This document shows, in pieces, positions 7,592 through 19,993 of a stretch of DNA of 32,138 nt. A program made the translations under genes and the position numbers. The DNA is from Candidatus Rokubacteria bacterium RIFCSPLOWO2_02_FULL_72_37. GTDB taxonomy: Bacteria; Methylomirabilota; Methylomirabilia; Rokubacteriales; CSP1-6. The notes under the pieces were generated by a model that worked only from the letters and a program-made list of their open reading frames with translations, ran no database searches and had not been told where the DNA came from. The stretch spans positions 2,585 to 34,722 of the forward strand of contig MGCE01000030.1 in assembly GCA_001790315.1 (NCBI GenBank). Reading direction: 5' to 3'. The first letter of the stretch is position 1. Each line of letters starts with the position of its first letter.

Positions 7592-10500
7592 ATGGACCCC
7601 GCGGAGGAGATCCTCGTCGTCGATGACGATCCCGGGATCACCGGTCTCCTCGCCGAGCATCTCGAAGGCGAGGGGCACCGGGTGCTCGTGGCGCACTCGG
7701 CGGCCGAGGGCATCAGGTTCATCGACGAGCGGCCCGTCGCGCTGGTCCTGCTCGACCTCGTGCTTCCCGACGGCGACGGCCTCGCCGTCATGCACGCGGC
7801 TCGACGGCGCGAGCTGCCGCCCGAGGTCGTGATCGTCACGGGCCACGCCTCGCTGGACTCGGCGATCCAGGCGGTCGAGGGGAGCGCCGCGGGCTACATC
7901 GTGAAGCCCGTCGACTTGAACCGCCTCGCCGCGATCGTCCGCCGGGTGGTCGAGCGCCGTCACCTGCTCAGGGAGAACGCGGCCCTCCAGCGGGACCTGA
8001 GCGGGCGCGTCGCGGAGAGCGAGGCGCTGGCCGCGGTCTCGGCCACGGTCAGCTCGACGCTGGACGTGCGCGAAGGGCTCCGGCGCATCTGCCGCGAGCT
8101 CGCGCGCCTGCTCGGTGCGGAGACGGCCGCGGCCTACCTGCACGACCGCGCCACGGACGACCTCGTCCCAGCGGCGGCGTACCACGTGCCCAAGGAATAC
8201 GTGCAGACGCTCGCGGTCGCGTCGCTTCCGCTGCGCGAGCAGGGCTTTCACCTTCCGATCTGGGGGGAGCGTCGGCCCGTCTTCTCCGACGACGTGGCGC
8301 ACGATCCCCGCTTCACGCACGCGCTGTTCCGTGCGTTCCCCCACCAGTCTGGGCTCCTCCTCCCGATCATCCTCGACACGGCGACGGCCGGGGCCTTCTA
8401 CCTCGTGTGGTGGAAGGCGCGTCGCTCGCCGACGGGACGCGAGCTCCAGCTCGCGCAGCGCGTGTGCGACCAGGTCGGGCTCCTCCTGAAAAACGCGCGG
8501 CTGTTCGAGAACGCCGAGCGGAACCGGCGCCAGCTCGAGGTGCTCAACGAGGTGTCGCGCCGGCTCGCCGCCGTCCACGAGCCCGACGAGGTGCTCGGGC
8601 TGATCGTGAACGAGGCGGCGCGCCTGCTGGGCGCCGAGGCGGCCGGCATCCGGCTCCGCGAGGGCGACGACCTGCTGGTCGCGGCCCGGACCGAGTCGGC
8701 CGCCCGCGTGATGGCGCGCCCGCGGATCAAGGTCGGCGAGAGCCTGTCGGGCCGGGTCGTCGCGACGGGCGAGACCGTGGTGGTCGAGGATCTGTCCGCG
8801 GACACCGGGCACGATCCGCTCCACAAGCGGGGGGCGCTCGAGCTCGGCTTCCGCGGCTTCGTCGGCGTGCCACTCCGGAGCCGGGGCGGAGTGACCGGCA
8901 CGCTCAACATCTATACGAAAGGGGTGCGCCGCTTCGACGCCGACGAGATCGCGCTGCTCTCGGGTCTCGCCGACCAGGCGGCGGTGGCGATCGAGAAGGC
9001 TCGGTTGTTCCGCGACACGGAGGAAGGGCAGCAACGGCTCGAGCGCCTCTACCGGGCCGCGATGTCCATGCAGACGTCGTGGGACCGGGATGCGCGGCTC
9101 GACGCGTTCATCAGGGCGGCCCACGACGTGGTCGGATTCGACCGGGTGCGCGTCCTGCTCCTCACGGCGGACGGCACGAGGCTCGAGCCGGTGCGTACGC
9201 TCGGTCCTGAGGCCCCAGAGGGGGAGGTCGGCCTGCCCTTCTCGCCGGACGCCGGCCCGTTCTGGCAGGCGATGCAGCGCCGGCGCGCGGTCGCCGTGCT
9301 TTCGGACGAGGACCTGGCGCGCGCCGCGGCGATCGCGCCGGCGCTCCGCGCGCATCCGGACCTCCGCAGCCGGCGCTTCGTCGTCGCACCGCTCGTGATC
9401 GGCGACCGCGTCATCGGCGCGGCGAGCGCCGACAACAAGCCGAGCCGCCGGCCGATCGCGGCGGCGAGCGTCGAGCCGTTCGGCATGCTCTGCCAGGACC
9501 TGGCGATGGCGCTCGAAGAGAGCCGGCTGTATGCGGAGGCGCAGGCGCGCGAGCGACAGGCGACGCGCCTCCACGGGCTGACACGCGAGCTCGCGACGAG
9601 TCTCGAGGCCGACCAGGTGCTCGACCGGGTCACGGCCCAGACGGTCGAGCTCCTCGGCTGCGACGCCGCGGCGATCTTCGGCTACGACGGGGCACGGGGT
9701 GGCCTCACCTACCAGCGGGGGCTCAACCTGGAGCCCGAGCTCACCCGCGCCCAGTTCCTGCGTCCCGGAGAGGGCGTCGCGGGCCGAGCCTTCCAGGAGC
9801 GGCGTGTGGTGTGGACGCGCGACGTGCGGGCGGACGCGTCCCTCGAGTTCTCGCCGGTGTCGCGGAGGCTGGTCGGCGGCTCCGCCATGCGCGCGGTCCT
9901 CGGCGTCCCGATCGCGAGCCGAGACGAAGTCCACGGTGTGCTGATGGCGTACTTCTTCGTCCCGAAGGACTTCAGCCCTGACGCGGTGAAGCTGGTCGAG
10001 ACGCTCGCCGACCACTCGGCGATCGCGCTGCAGAACGCCCGGCTCTTCGAAGAGACCCGGGCGCGCGAGCGGGAAGCCAAGACGCTCTCGGACGGGCTCG
10101 CGCTGCTGAACCAGGCGAGCCGAGCGCTGCACCGGACGCTCGAAGTCGACAAGATGCTGACCGGTGCGCTCGACGACCTCGCGAAGGCGTTCGGCGCGAG
10201 CGGCGCGGTCGTCAACATCTTCGACGCTGCCGGGACCCAGCAGCGCTCGGTCGGCTACTGGCTCCCCGGGGTCGAGGGCCGCGCGCACCCCGCCCGCAAG
10301 CACGGGATCAGCCAGGCGGTCCGCACGGCCCGCGCGCCGATGCTGATCGCGGACATCGGCGCGCGTCGGGACATCGTCCATCCCGAGAACTTCGTCCGCG
10401 GCGTGAAGGCGATCGCGGCGTTCCCCATCGTCGGCCAGGGCGCGCACGTGCTCGGCGCGCTGCTCCTCTACTACACCACGACGCAGAAGTTCCCGGACGG

Positions 10501-11635
10501 CGAGGTGCGTCTGCTCGCCTCCTACGCCGACCAGCTCGGCACGGCGCTCGAGAATGCACAGCTCTACGAGCAGACCCAGACCCAGCAGGTCCGTCTCGCG
10601 CAGATCTTCGACTCCACGTCGGACGGGATCATCCTGGTGAGTCGCGAGGGCGAGATCAGGGCCGCCAACCGTCGGGCCGGCGCCCTGCTCGACTTCGACG
10701 CCGGCGAGGTCTTGGGCGTCTCCCTCACCGCCCTGCTCGCCGGGTTCCGGAGCTCCGTGCCCGATCACGACAGGACGTTCGGCGCCCTGCAGGCGCTGCT
10801 GGGGGATCCCGAGCGCGGCGGGGCGGGCGACCTCGACCTGACGCGGGGCAGTCGCGTCGTCCACTGGACCGGGCAGCCGACGCGGGACGCGACGGGCGCG
10901 ACGATCGGGTTCACCCTCACGCTGCGCGACGTCACTGAGGAACGCCAGGTCAGCCAGATGAAGTCGGACTTCGTGTCGTTCGTCACGCACCAGCTCCGCA
11001 CGCCACTGGCCGGAATCAAGTGGATGCTGGAGCTTGCGGCGCAGGCTCCGGACGCCCCGGGCGAGGCGGCCGGGTACGTCCAGGACGCGCGCGAGGCCGC
11101 CGAGCGGCTCATCGGACTCGTGAACGATCTCCTCGACATCTCCAGGCTCGAGAGCGGCAAGCTCACCGTCAATCTCGAGCCCACGGACCTCGGGGCGCTG
11201 ACGGCGGGCGTTCTCGGCGAGATCGCGACGCTCCTGGAGGGAAAGCGGCACCGGCTGTCGGTGACTGGAACCGAGGCGCTGCCGCCGGTGCTCGCGGACG
11301 TGCAGCTCCTGCGACAGGTCGTGCTCAACCTGACCTCGAACGCCATCAAGTACACCCCGACGGGCGGGCAGATCGCGATCCGCATGCGCGCGGAGGATGG
11401 CGCGGTCCGCTGGGAGATCAGGGACAGCGGCATCGGCGTTCCCGGAGCGTCGCAGGCGCGGCTGTTCGAGAAGTTCTTCCGGGCGGAGAACGCGCACACG
11501 GTCGAAACGGAGGGCACGGGCCTCGGACTCTACCTGGTCCGGCTCATCGTCGAGAAGCTCGGCGGGCGGGTCTGGTGCGAGTCGGAGGAGGGCAAGGGCG
11601 CGACGTTCATCTTCACGTTGCCGGCGGACAGGTGA
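7592..11635 (+). CDS. Cytoplasmic hybrid sensor histidine kinase: REC - five GAF - PAS - HisKA - HATPase
   Basis: N-terminal REC (VVDDD, LLDLVLP, YIVKP). Repeated GAF ends (LKNARLF, IEKARLF, LEESRLY, LQNARLF, LENAQLY). PAS (IFDSTSDGIILV), H-box THQLRTPL, NLTSNAIKY, DSGIG and GTGLGL. Confidence 0.93.
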   Translation: MDPAEEILVVDDDPGITGLLAEHLEGEGHRVLVAHSAAEGIRFIDERPVALVLLDLVLPDGDGLAVMHAARRRELPPEVVIVTGHASLDSAIQAVEGSAAGYIVKPVDLNRLAAIVRRVVERRHLLRENAALQRDLSGRVAESEALAAVSATVSSTLDVREGLRRICRELARLLGAETAAAYLHDRATDDLVPAAAYHVPKEYVQTLAVASLPLREQGFHLPIWGERRPVFSDDVAHDPRFTHALFRAFPHQSGLLLPIILDTATAGAFYLVWWKARRSPTGRELQLAQRVCDQVGLLLKNARLFENAERNRRQLEVLNEVSRRLAAVHEPDEVLGLIVNEAARLLGAEAAGIRLREGDDLLVAARTESAARVMARPRIKVGESLSGRVVATGETVVVEDLSADTGHDPLHKRGALELGFRGFVGVPLRSRGGVTGTLNIYTKGVRRFDADEIALLSGLADQAAVAIEKARLFRDTEEGQQRLERLYRAAMSMQTSWDRDARLDAFIRAAHDVVGFDRVRVLLLTADGTRLEPVRTLGPEAPEGEVGLPFSPDAGPFWQAMQRRRAVAVLSDEDLARAAAIAPALRAHPDLRSRRFVVAPLVIGDRVIGAASADNKPSRRPIAAASVEPFGMLCQDLAMALEESRLYAEAQARERQATRLHGLTRELATSLEADQVLDRVTAQTVELLGCDAAAIFGYDGARGGLTYQRGLNLEPELTRAQFLRPGEGVAGRAFQERRVVWTRDVRADASLEFSPVSRRLVGGSAMRAVLGVPIASRDEVHGVLMAYFFVPKDFSPDAVKLVETLADHSAIALQNARLFEETRAREREAKTLSDGLALLNQASRALHRTLEVDKMLTGALDDLAKAFGASGAVVNIFDAAGTQQRSVGYWLPGVEGRAHPARKHGISQAVRTARAPMLIADIGARRDIVHPENFVRGVKAIAAFPIVGQGAHVLGALLLYYTTTQKFPDGEVRLLASYADQLGTALENAQLYEQTQTQQVRLAQIFDSTSDGIILVSREGEIRAANRRAGALLDFDAGEVLGVSLTALLAGFRSSVPDHDRTFGALQALLGDPERGGAGDLDLTRGSRVVHWTGQPTRDATGATIGFTLTLRDVTEERQVSQMKSDFVSFVTHQLRTPLAGIKWMLELAAQAPDAPGEAAGYVQDAREAAERLIGLVNDLLDISRLESGKLTVNLEPTDLGALTAGVLGEIATLLEGKRHRLSVTGTEALPPVLADVQLLRQVVLNLTSNAIKYTPTGGQIAIRMRAEDGAVRWEIRDSGIGVPGASQARLFEKFFRAENAHTVETEGTGLGLYLVRLIVEKLGGRVWCESEEGKGATFIFTLPADR

Positions 11636-11639
11636 GGGC

Positions 11640-12029
11640 ATGGAGACGACGGGACGGCAGATCCTGCTGGTCGAGGACGATCGATTCCTTCGGCGCGCGT
11701 GCGAGGCGAGCCTGCGCCAGCGTGGCTTCACCGTGACGACGGCCGAGGACGGCGAGGAGGGGTTGCGACTGGCGAGGAGTCGGGGCTTCGACCTCGTGCT
11801 CCTCGACATGCTGATGCCGAAGCTCTCCGGGCTCTCGGTGCTGCGGGCGCTCCGGGAGGAGGAGGCGACGCGTATGCTGCCCGTCCTGATCCTCTCGAAT
11901 TCGTCGCGCGAGCAGGACGTGTCCGAGGTGACCGCGCTCGGCGTGTCCGGGTACCTGGTGAAGGCGAACCTGTCGCTCAAGGAGCTCGGCGACCGCATCG
12001 AGCAGCTCCTCGGAGGTCCCCGTGGCTGA
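11640..12029 (+). CDS. Single-domain response regulator (receiver)
   Basis: From ATG 11640 inside track ORF 11397..12029: METTGRQILLVEDD...LLDMLMP...YLVKA; 129 aa. Confidence 0.92.
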   Translation: METTGRQILLVEDDRFLRRACEASLRQRGFTVTTAEDGEEGLRLARSRGFDLVLLDMLMPKLSGLSVLRALREEEATRMLPVLILSNSSREQDVSEVTALGVSGYLVKANLSLKELGDRIEQLLGGPRG

Positions 12030-12405
12030 GCGCGCGCGTCGTATCCTGCTCTGCGAGGACGACCGATTCCTGCGCAAGGCGGCGGAGGCGCGGCTCCGCC
12101 AGCACGGCTTCACGGTCTTCAGCGCGATGGACGGCGAGGAGTCGCTGCGGGTGGCGCGGGAGCAGATCCCGGACCTGATCCTCCTCGACCTCATCATGCC
12201 GAAGGTTCAGGGATTCGAGGTGCTCCGCCGCCTCAAGGCGGATGCGGCCACCGCGGGCATCCCCGTCGTCGTGCTCTCGAACCTGGGACAGGACCGCGAC
12301 GTCGAGCAGGCGACGGCGCTGGGCGCCCGGGCGTATTTCGTCAAGGCGCATCTCTCGCTCCAGGACCTCGTCACGAAGGTCGATGACGTGCTGGGAGGAC
12401 GGTAG
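12022..12405 (+). CDS. Single-domain response regulator (receiver), paralog of the previous gene
   Basis: ILLCEDD...LLDLIMP...LSN...YFVKA; 127 aa. Confidence 0.92.
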   Translation: MAERARRILLCEDDRFLRKAAEARLRQHGFTVFSAMDGEESLRVAREQIPDLILLDLIMPKVQGFEVLRRLKADAATAGIPVVVLSNLGQDRDVEQATALGARAYFVKAHLSLQDLVTKVDDVLGGR

Positions 12406-14145
12406 ATGGCCGGACTCCGCATCGAGGACGCCGAGCTCCACACGCTGCTGGTCCAGCGCCTCGAGATCCTGGACGAGGGCGAGTTCGAGCGCGCGCGGAA
12501 GATGGCGACGCGCCTGCGCATCCCGCTCGAGCGCGCGGTGATCGAGCGGGGCCGCGTGCCCGTCAACTTCATCCTCACCCACGTCGCCGAGATGTGGGGC
12601 GTCGGGTTCGTCGACCTCCGCGTGAGCGACGTCAAGCCGGAGGCGCTCGCGCTCCTGACGGAGGAGTACGCCCGCCAGCACATGCTGTTGCCGTTCGACG
12701 TCGACGGCGACCGGCTCCACGTCGCGATGTGGAACCCCCGGGACCGGCAGGCGATCGACGAGATCGAGCGCACGACGAGGCACAGGGTGGTTCCGTACCT
12801 CGCCCCCGAGGCGGCCATCCTGCGGGGGCATCTGCTGTACAGGGGCAATCTCCGCGAGATGCTCGAGCGCGCCATCGCCGACGAGAGCCTCACGCTCGTG
12901 CAGCAGCAGAGCGCGGTCGCCCAGCGGTCGACGGCCGAGCTGCTGACGCGGATCCTGGAGTACGCCGCGGTGGCACGCGCCTCCGACATCCATATCGAAC
13001 CCTACGAGCTGGAGGCGATCGTCCGCTATCGCATCGACGGGGCGCTTCACGAGGTCCTGAACCTGCCGCCGCCGATGCTCACCCCACTGGTGGCCCACAT
13101 CAAGATCGTGAGCCGGCTCCGGATCGACGAGCGGCGGGCGCCGCAGGACGGCCGCTTCGAGGCGGATCTGGGCGGCTACAAGATGGACATGCGCGTCTCC
13201 TCCCTGCCGACGATGTGGGGCGAGAAGATCGTGATGCGGGTCCTCTCGCGGGAGAGCCTCGTGATCGACCTCGAGGACCTCGGTCTGGTCGCGCGGGACT
13301 ACGAGATCGTGCTGCGCAACCTCCTCAGACCCTTCGGGATGGTCCTGATCACCGGGCCCACGGGGTCCGGGAAGACGACGAGCCTCTACTCGATGCTCGT
13401 GCGCCTCGGCATCGAGCGGCAGAGCGTGGTGAACATCTCGACCATCGAGGACCCGATCGAATACACGCTGCCGCGCGTGAACCAGATGGCGGTCAACCCC
13501 GGCGCCGGGGTCGAGTTCGCCACCGGGCTTCGCGCGCTCCTCCGGCAGGACCCGGACATCATCATGGTCGGTGAGATCCGCGACCGCGAGACGGCCGAGA
13601 TCGCCGTGCGCGCGGCGCTCGTCGGGCGGCTGCTGATCTCCACGCTGCACACCAACGACGCGACGGGAGTCGTCCCCCGCCTCCTCGACATGGGCATCGA
13701 GCCGTTCCTGGTCGCCTCCACGCTCGCGCTCGCCCTGGCCCAGCGCCTCGTCCGGCGCATCTGCGTGCGGTGCCGGGAGTCCGTGACGCCGGACCCGGCG
13801 CTGGTGCGCTCACTGCACGCGCGCCCGGACTTCGACCGCACCCTCGAGGTCCTGCGATCCGAGGGGATCCTCGGCAGCGGTACCGACCCCCTCGGTGGCC
13901 TGCAGATGTTCCGGGGACGGGGCTGTCCCCAGTGCAACGGCAGTGGGTTCCGCGGGCGCGTCGCGGTGTTCGAGCTCTTCGAGGTGGACGACGCCGTCCG
14001 CGCGCTGATCATGGACCGGCGCGACGCGTCCATGATCCGGGCCGCCGCGGTCGACCAGGGGATGAAGACGATGTTCCAGGACGGCCTGGCCAAGGCCCTG
14101 CTCGGCGAGACGCCGCTGGAAGAAGTCTTCCGCGTGGCGCTCTGA
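12406..14145 (+). CDS. GspE/PilB-family secretion/pilus ATPase
   Basis: ASDIHIEP, PQDGR, GPTGSGKTT, TIEDPIE, LRQDPDIIMVGEIRD, STLHTN, and the tetra-Cys motif (CVRC...CPQC). Starts immediately after the response regulator stop. Confidence 0.95.
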   Translation: MAGLRIEDAELHTLLVQRLEILDEGEFERARKMATRLRIPLERAVIERGRVPVNFILTHVAEMWGVGFVDLRVSDVKPEALALLTEEYARQHMLLPFDVDGDRLHVAMWNPRDRQAIDEIERTTRHRVVPYLAPEAAILRGHLLYRGNLREMLERAIADESLTLVQQQSAVAQRSTAELLTRILEYAAVARASDIHIEPYELEAIVRYRIDGALHEVLNLPPPMLTPLVAHIKIVSRLRIDERRAPQDGRFEADLGGYKMDMRVSSLPTMWGEKIVMRVLSRESLVIDLEDLGLVARDYEIVLRNLLRPFGMVLITGPTGSGKTTSLYSMLVRLGIERQSVVNISTIEDPIEYTLPRVNQMAVNPGAGVEFATGLRALLRQDPDIIMVGEIRDRETAEIAVRAALVGRLLISTLHTNDATGVVPRLLDMGIEPFLVASTLALALAQRLVRRICVRCRESVTPDPALVRSLHARPDFDRTLEVLRSEGILGSGTDPLGGLQMFRGRGCPQCNGSGFRGRVAVFELFEVDDAVRALIMDRRDASMIRAAAVDQGMKTMFQDGLAKALLGETPLEEVFRVAL

Positions 14146-14166
14146 AGTGGCCCGGCGGATGCGTGG

Positions 14167-14736
14167 CTAGGTGCGGCTGCCGGGCTTGATCGCCTGGCTG
14201 CCGCTCCGGCAGAGCGGGCACGCCTCCGGCGCCCAGATCGTGGCCTCCACCGTCGCGAGCGCGGCGAACGGGACGGCGAAGGAGACGGCACCACCGCTCC
14301 GGTCGATCAGCGACCCCACGCCCGCGACGGCGCCGCCGGCCTCCTCGACGCAGCGGACGACCTCGCGCGTCGACCCGCCCGTGGTGATCACGTCCTCGAC
14401 GACCAGGCAGCGCTCGGCGGGCGCGAGCGCGAAACCGCGGCGCAGGCGCATCACGCCGTTCTCCCGCTCGCTGAAGAGTGCGCGAACACCCAGCGTGCGC
14501 GCCACCTCGTACGCCACGAGGATGCCGCCGATCGCGGGCGCGAGCACGGTCCGGACGCTCTCGCCGGGCAGACGCGCGGCGAGAGCGCGGCCAAGCGCCT
14601 CGGCGTACTCCGGGTGCTGCAGCACGAGCGCGGACTGTAGATAGAGGTCCGAGTGAAGCCCCGACGTGAGCCGGAAGTGGCCGCGCATGAGCGCGCCGGT
14701 CTTCTCGTAGAGATCGAGCGTCTCGCGCTCGGTCAC
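14167..14736 (-). CDS. pyrE: Orotate phosphoribosyltransferase
   Basis: GHFRLTSGLHS, VVEDVITTGGS and C-terminal CPLC...KPGSR. GTG 14736 overlaps the pyrF stop. Confidence 0.95.
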   Translation of the reverse strand: MTERETLDLYEKTGALMRGHFRLTSGLHSDLYLQSALVLQHPEYAEALGRALAARLPGESVRTVLAPAIGGILVAYEVARTLGVRALFSERENGVMRLRRGFALAPAERCLVVEDVITTGGSTREVVRCVEEAGGAVAGVGSLIDRSGGAVSFAVPFAALATVEATIWAPEACPLCRSGSQAIKPGSRT

Positions 14737-15450
14737 GAGCCCCCGAGTTCCCGGACGATGGCGGCGGCCGCGGCGGCCGGGTCCGATGCGCCCGTGATCG
14801 GCCGGCCGACGACGAGGTAGTCGGCGCCGGCAACGAGCGCGGCGCACGGCGTCGCGATGCGTACCTGATCGTCCGTTCCCTCGCCTCCCCCGGGGCGGAT
14901 GCCGGGCGTGACGATCACCCAGTCCCGACCCAGTCCGAGCCGGAGTGCGCGGACCTCCTGCGGCGACGCCACACAGCCGTCGAGCCCCGCCTCGCGCGCG
15001 CGCTCCGCGAGGTGGAGCACGTGCGCCTCCACGGTGGCGGCCACGCCGACCTCCCGGTGGAGCGCCGTCCGGTCGAGGCTCGTGAGGACCGTGACGCCGA
15101 GACAGACGGGACGCGCGGTCCCGAAATCGGCGGCCGCCTTCGTGGCGGCGTCGGCCGCGGCACGCATCATCGCGAGGCCGCCGCTCGCGTGGACGTTCAG
15201 CATCGAGACGCCGAGGCGCGCCGCCGCCCGGACGGCGCCGGCGACCGTGTTGGGGATGTCGTGGTACTTGAGGTCGAGGAAGACGCCGAAGCCGCGTTTC
15301 CTGGCGGCCTCGACCGCCCTCGGTCCGGCCGCCGTGAAGAGCTGTGAACCGATCTTGCAGCCGGTGAGCGTGCCGGCGAGGCAGTCGAGCAACCGCTCCG
15401 CGTCGCCGAGGGCCTCGACGTCGAGGGCGACCAGCACACGGTCCGCCGGG

Positions 15451-15464
<14 letters not shown>
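14733..15464 (-). CDS. pyrF: Orotidine-5'-phosphate decarboxylase
   Basis: [32 protein letters not shown] and VVGRPI motifs. Confidence 0.97.
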
Positions 15465-18657
<3,193 letters not shown>

Positions 18658-18668
18658 GGGCGGCTCCC

Positions 18669-18794
18669 GGCGGGGCGGGGCGGCGGGCCCCGCTCGACCA
18701 CGCGCGCGGCGACGCTCTGGGTGACGTAGGGCGCGCGCCGGCTCCGGAGACCCTGACAACACGGGTCTCGCGGGGCCCGCCGCCCCGCCCCGCC
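18669..18794. repeat. 25-bp perfect inverted repeat enclosing two inner hairpins (intergenic, upstream of carB)
   Basis: GGCGGGGCGGGGCGGCGGGCCCCGC (18669-18693) and its exact reverse complement (18770-18794). Inner stems are CGCGCGC/GCGCGCG (18701-18707/18731-18737) and GAGACCC/GGGTCTC (18747-18753/18763-18769). Confidence 0.9.
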
Positions 18795-18831
18795 CGGGCC
18801 CGCCACGCCAGCTCTGGTCCGCGGGCCTGCG

Positions 18832-19704
18832 TCAGGCGGCCGAGTTCACGACGTGGATGCCGCCCGCGACGGCCAGCGCGCCCGCCACCTGCAAGAGCGA
18901 GAGCGGCTCGCCGAGGAGCGCCCAGCCGATCAGCACGCCGAAGACCGGCGAGAGGAACACGAAGGCGTTGACGCGGACCGCGGAGTAGCTCCGGATCAGC
19001 CAGTTGAAGACGGCGAACGAGAACGCGGCGGCCACGGCACCGAGGTAGAGCACGCTCCCGACGGCGAGCGGACTGAGCCGCCAGGGCGCGTCGGGCTCGA
19101 GCATCAGCGTCAGGACACCCATGACGGGCATCGCCACCGCGGCGCTCCACAGGATGACCGAGGCCGAGTGGACCTCGCGCGGCATGGTCTTGACCAGGAT
19201 CGTGGCCGCCGACCAGCCGAGCGTCCCCAGCAACACGAACGCGTCGCCCACGAGCGACGCCTGGCCGGGGAGGCGGTCGGCGAACACCAGTACGATGCCC
19301 GTGAACGCGAGCACCGTCCCACCGAGCCGTCGCGTCGTGAGCCGCTCGGCCGGCACGAAGAGCGGCAGCAGCAGGAGCGTGAAGAAGGGCTGCGTGTTGA
19401 ACAGGATCGACGCGCGCCCCGCCGTCGTGCGGGCGGCGCCGAGGTAGAAGAGCGCCATCGTCCAGCAGAAGGCCGCGCCGCCGGCCAGGAGGAAGCGCCG
19501 CGCCCGGCGCCCGTAGACAACGGGGACGCCCGCCAGCCGCGAGTACAGGAACAGCAGCGCGCTCGCGACGACCACCCGCAGGAAGAGCGAGCCGAAGACC
19601 GGCAGGTCGCGGAACCCGAGCTTCACCATCGTGTACGATCCGCCCCAGATCGCCGTGAGGAGCACGACGAGCGCGATCGCCCGCGCGGGCAGCCGGTCGG
19701 GCAC
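18832..19704 (-). CDS. DMT/EamA-family transporter
   Basis: About 10 TM; AIWGGSY...K, ASILFNTQPFF, PVFGVLIGWALLGE. Start placed at GTG 19704 (290 aa). Confidence 0.9.
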   Translation of the reverse strand: MPDRLPARAIALVVLLTAIWGGSYTMVKLGFRDLPVFGSLFLRVVVASALLFLYSRLAGVPVVYGRRARRFLLAGGAAFCWTMALFYLGAARTTAGRASILFNTQPFFTLLLLPLFVPAERLTTRRLGGTVLAFTGIVLVFADRLPGQASLVGDAFVLLGTLGWSAATILVKTMPREVHSASVILWSAAVAMPVMGVLTLMLEPDAPWRLSPLAVGSVLYLGAVAAAFSFAVFNWLIRSYSAVRVNAFVFLSPVFGVLIGWALLGEPLSLLQVAGALAVAGGIHVVNSAA

Positions 19705-19718
19705 CGATCGGGCTCGTC

Positions 19719-19985
19719 CTATTCCTCGACCAGTCCATACACGATCGAGGTCTCGGGGGCGGCTTCCTCGCGGCGGTAGAGGACGTCGTCGAGCCGCCCG
19801 CTGCCGATCCACGCGGCCTCGCCGCTGCCCCAGAGCGTCTCGCCGAGGACGCTCATACGCCGGTCGACGCGCTCGCGGACGGCGTGAGCCTCGAGCGAGG
19901 TGTCGCTCTGCGTGGTGAACGAGGTCCACTCGGGCTTCTGGCCCGAACCCTCCGTCTTCCGGTACGAGATCAGGTACTTGGGCAT
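19719..19985 (-). CDS. Hypothetical 88-aa protein
   Basis: MPKYLISYRKTEGSGQKPEWTSF...SIVYGLVEE. ATG lies 8 nt after the carA stop with GGAGG upstream. Composition is protein-like, unlike the Arg/Pro-rich shadow ORFs, and it fills the gap exactly. Confidence 0.75.
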   Translation of the reverse strand: MPKYLISYRKTEGSGQKPEWTSFTTQSDTSLEAHAVRERVDRRMSVLGETLWGSGEAAWIGSGRLDDVLYRREEAAPETSIVYGLVEE

Positions 19986-19993
19986 GACGTCGA

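Noticed and set aside
7373-11998. 1541-aa minus-strand ORF
   Set aside because: Antisense shadow of the GAF kinase and first receiver, caused by high GC and codon bias; no recognisable domain.
18669-18794. Intrinsic terminator, tRNA or second PyrR loop before carB
   Set aside because: No U-tract on either strand, no tRNA arms or T-loop, and no CUUUAA/CNGNGA motif.
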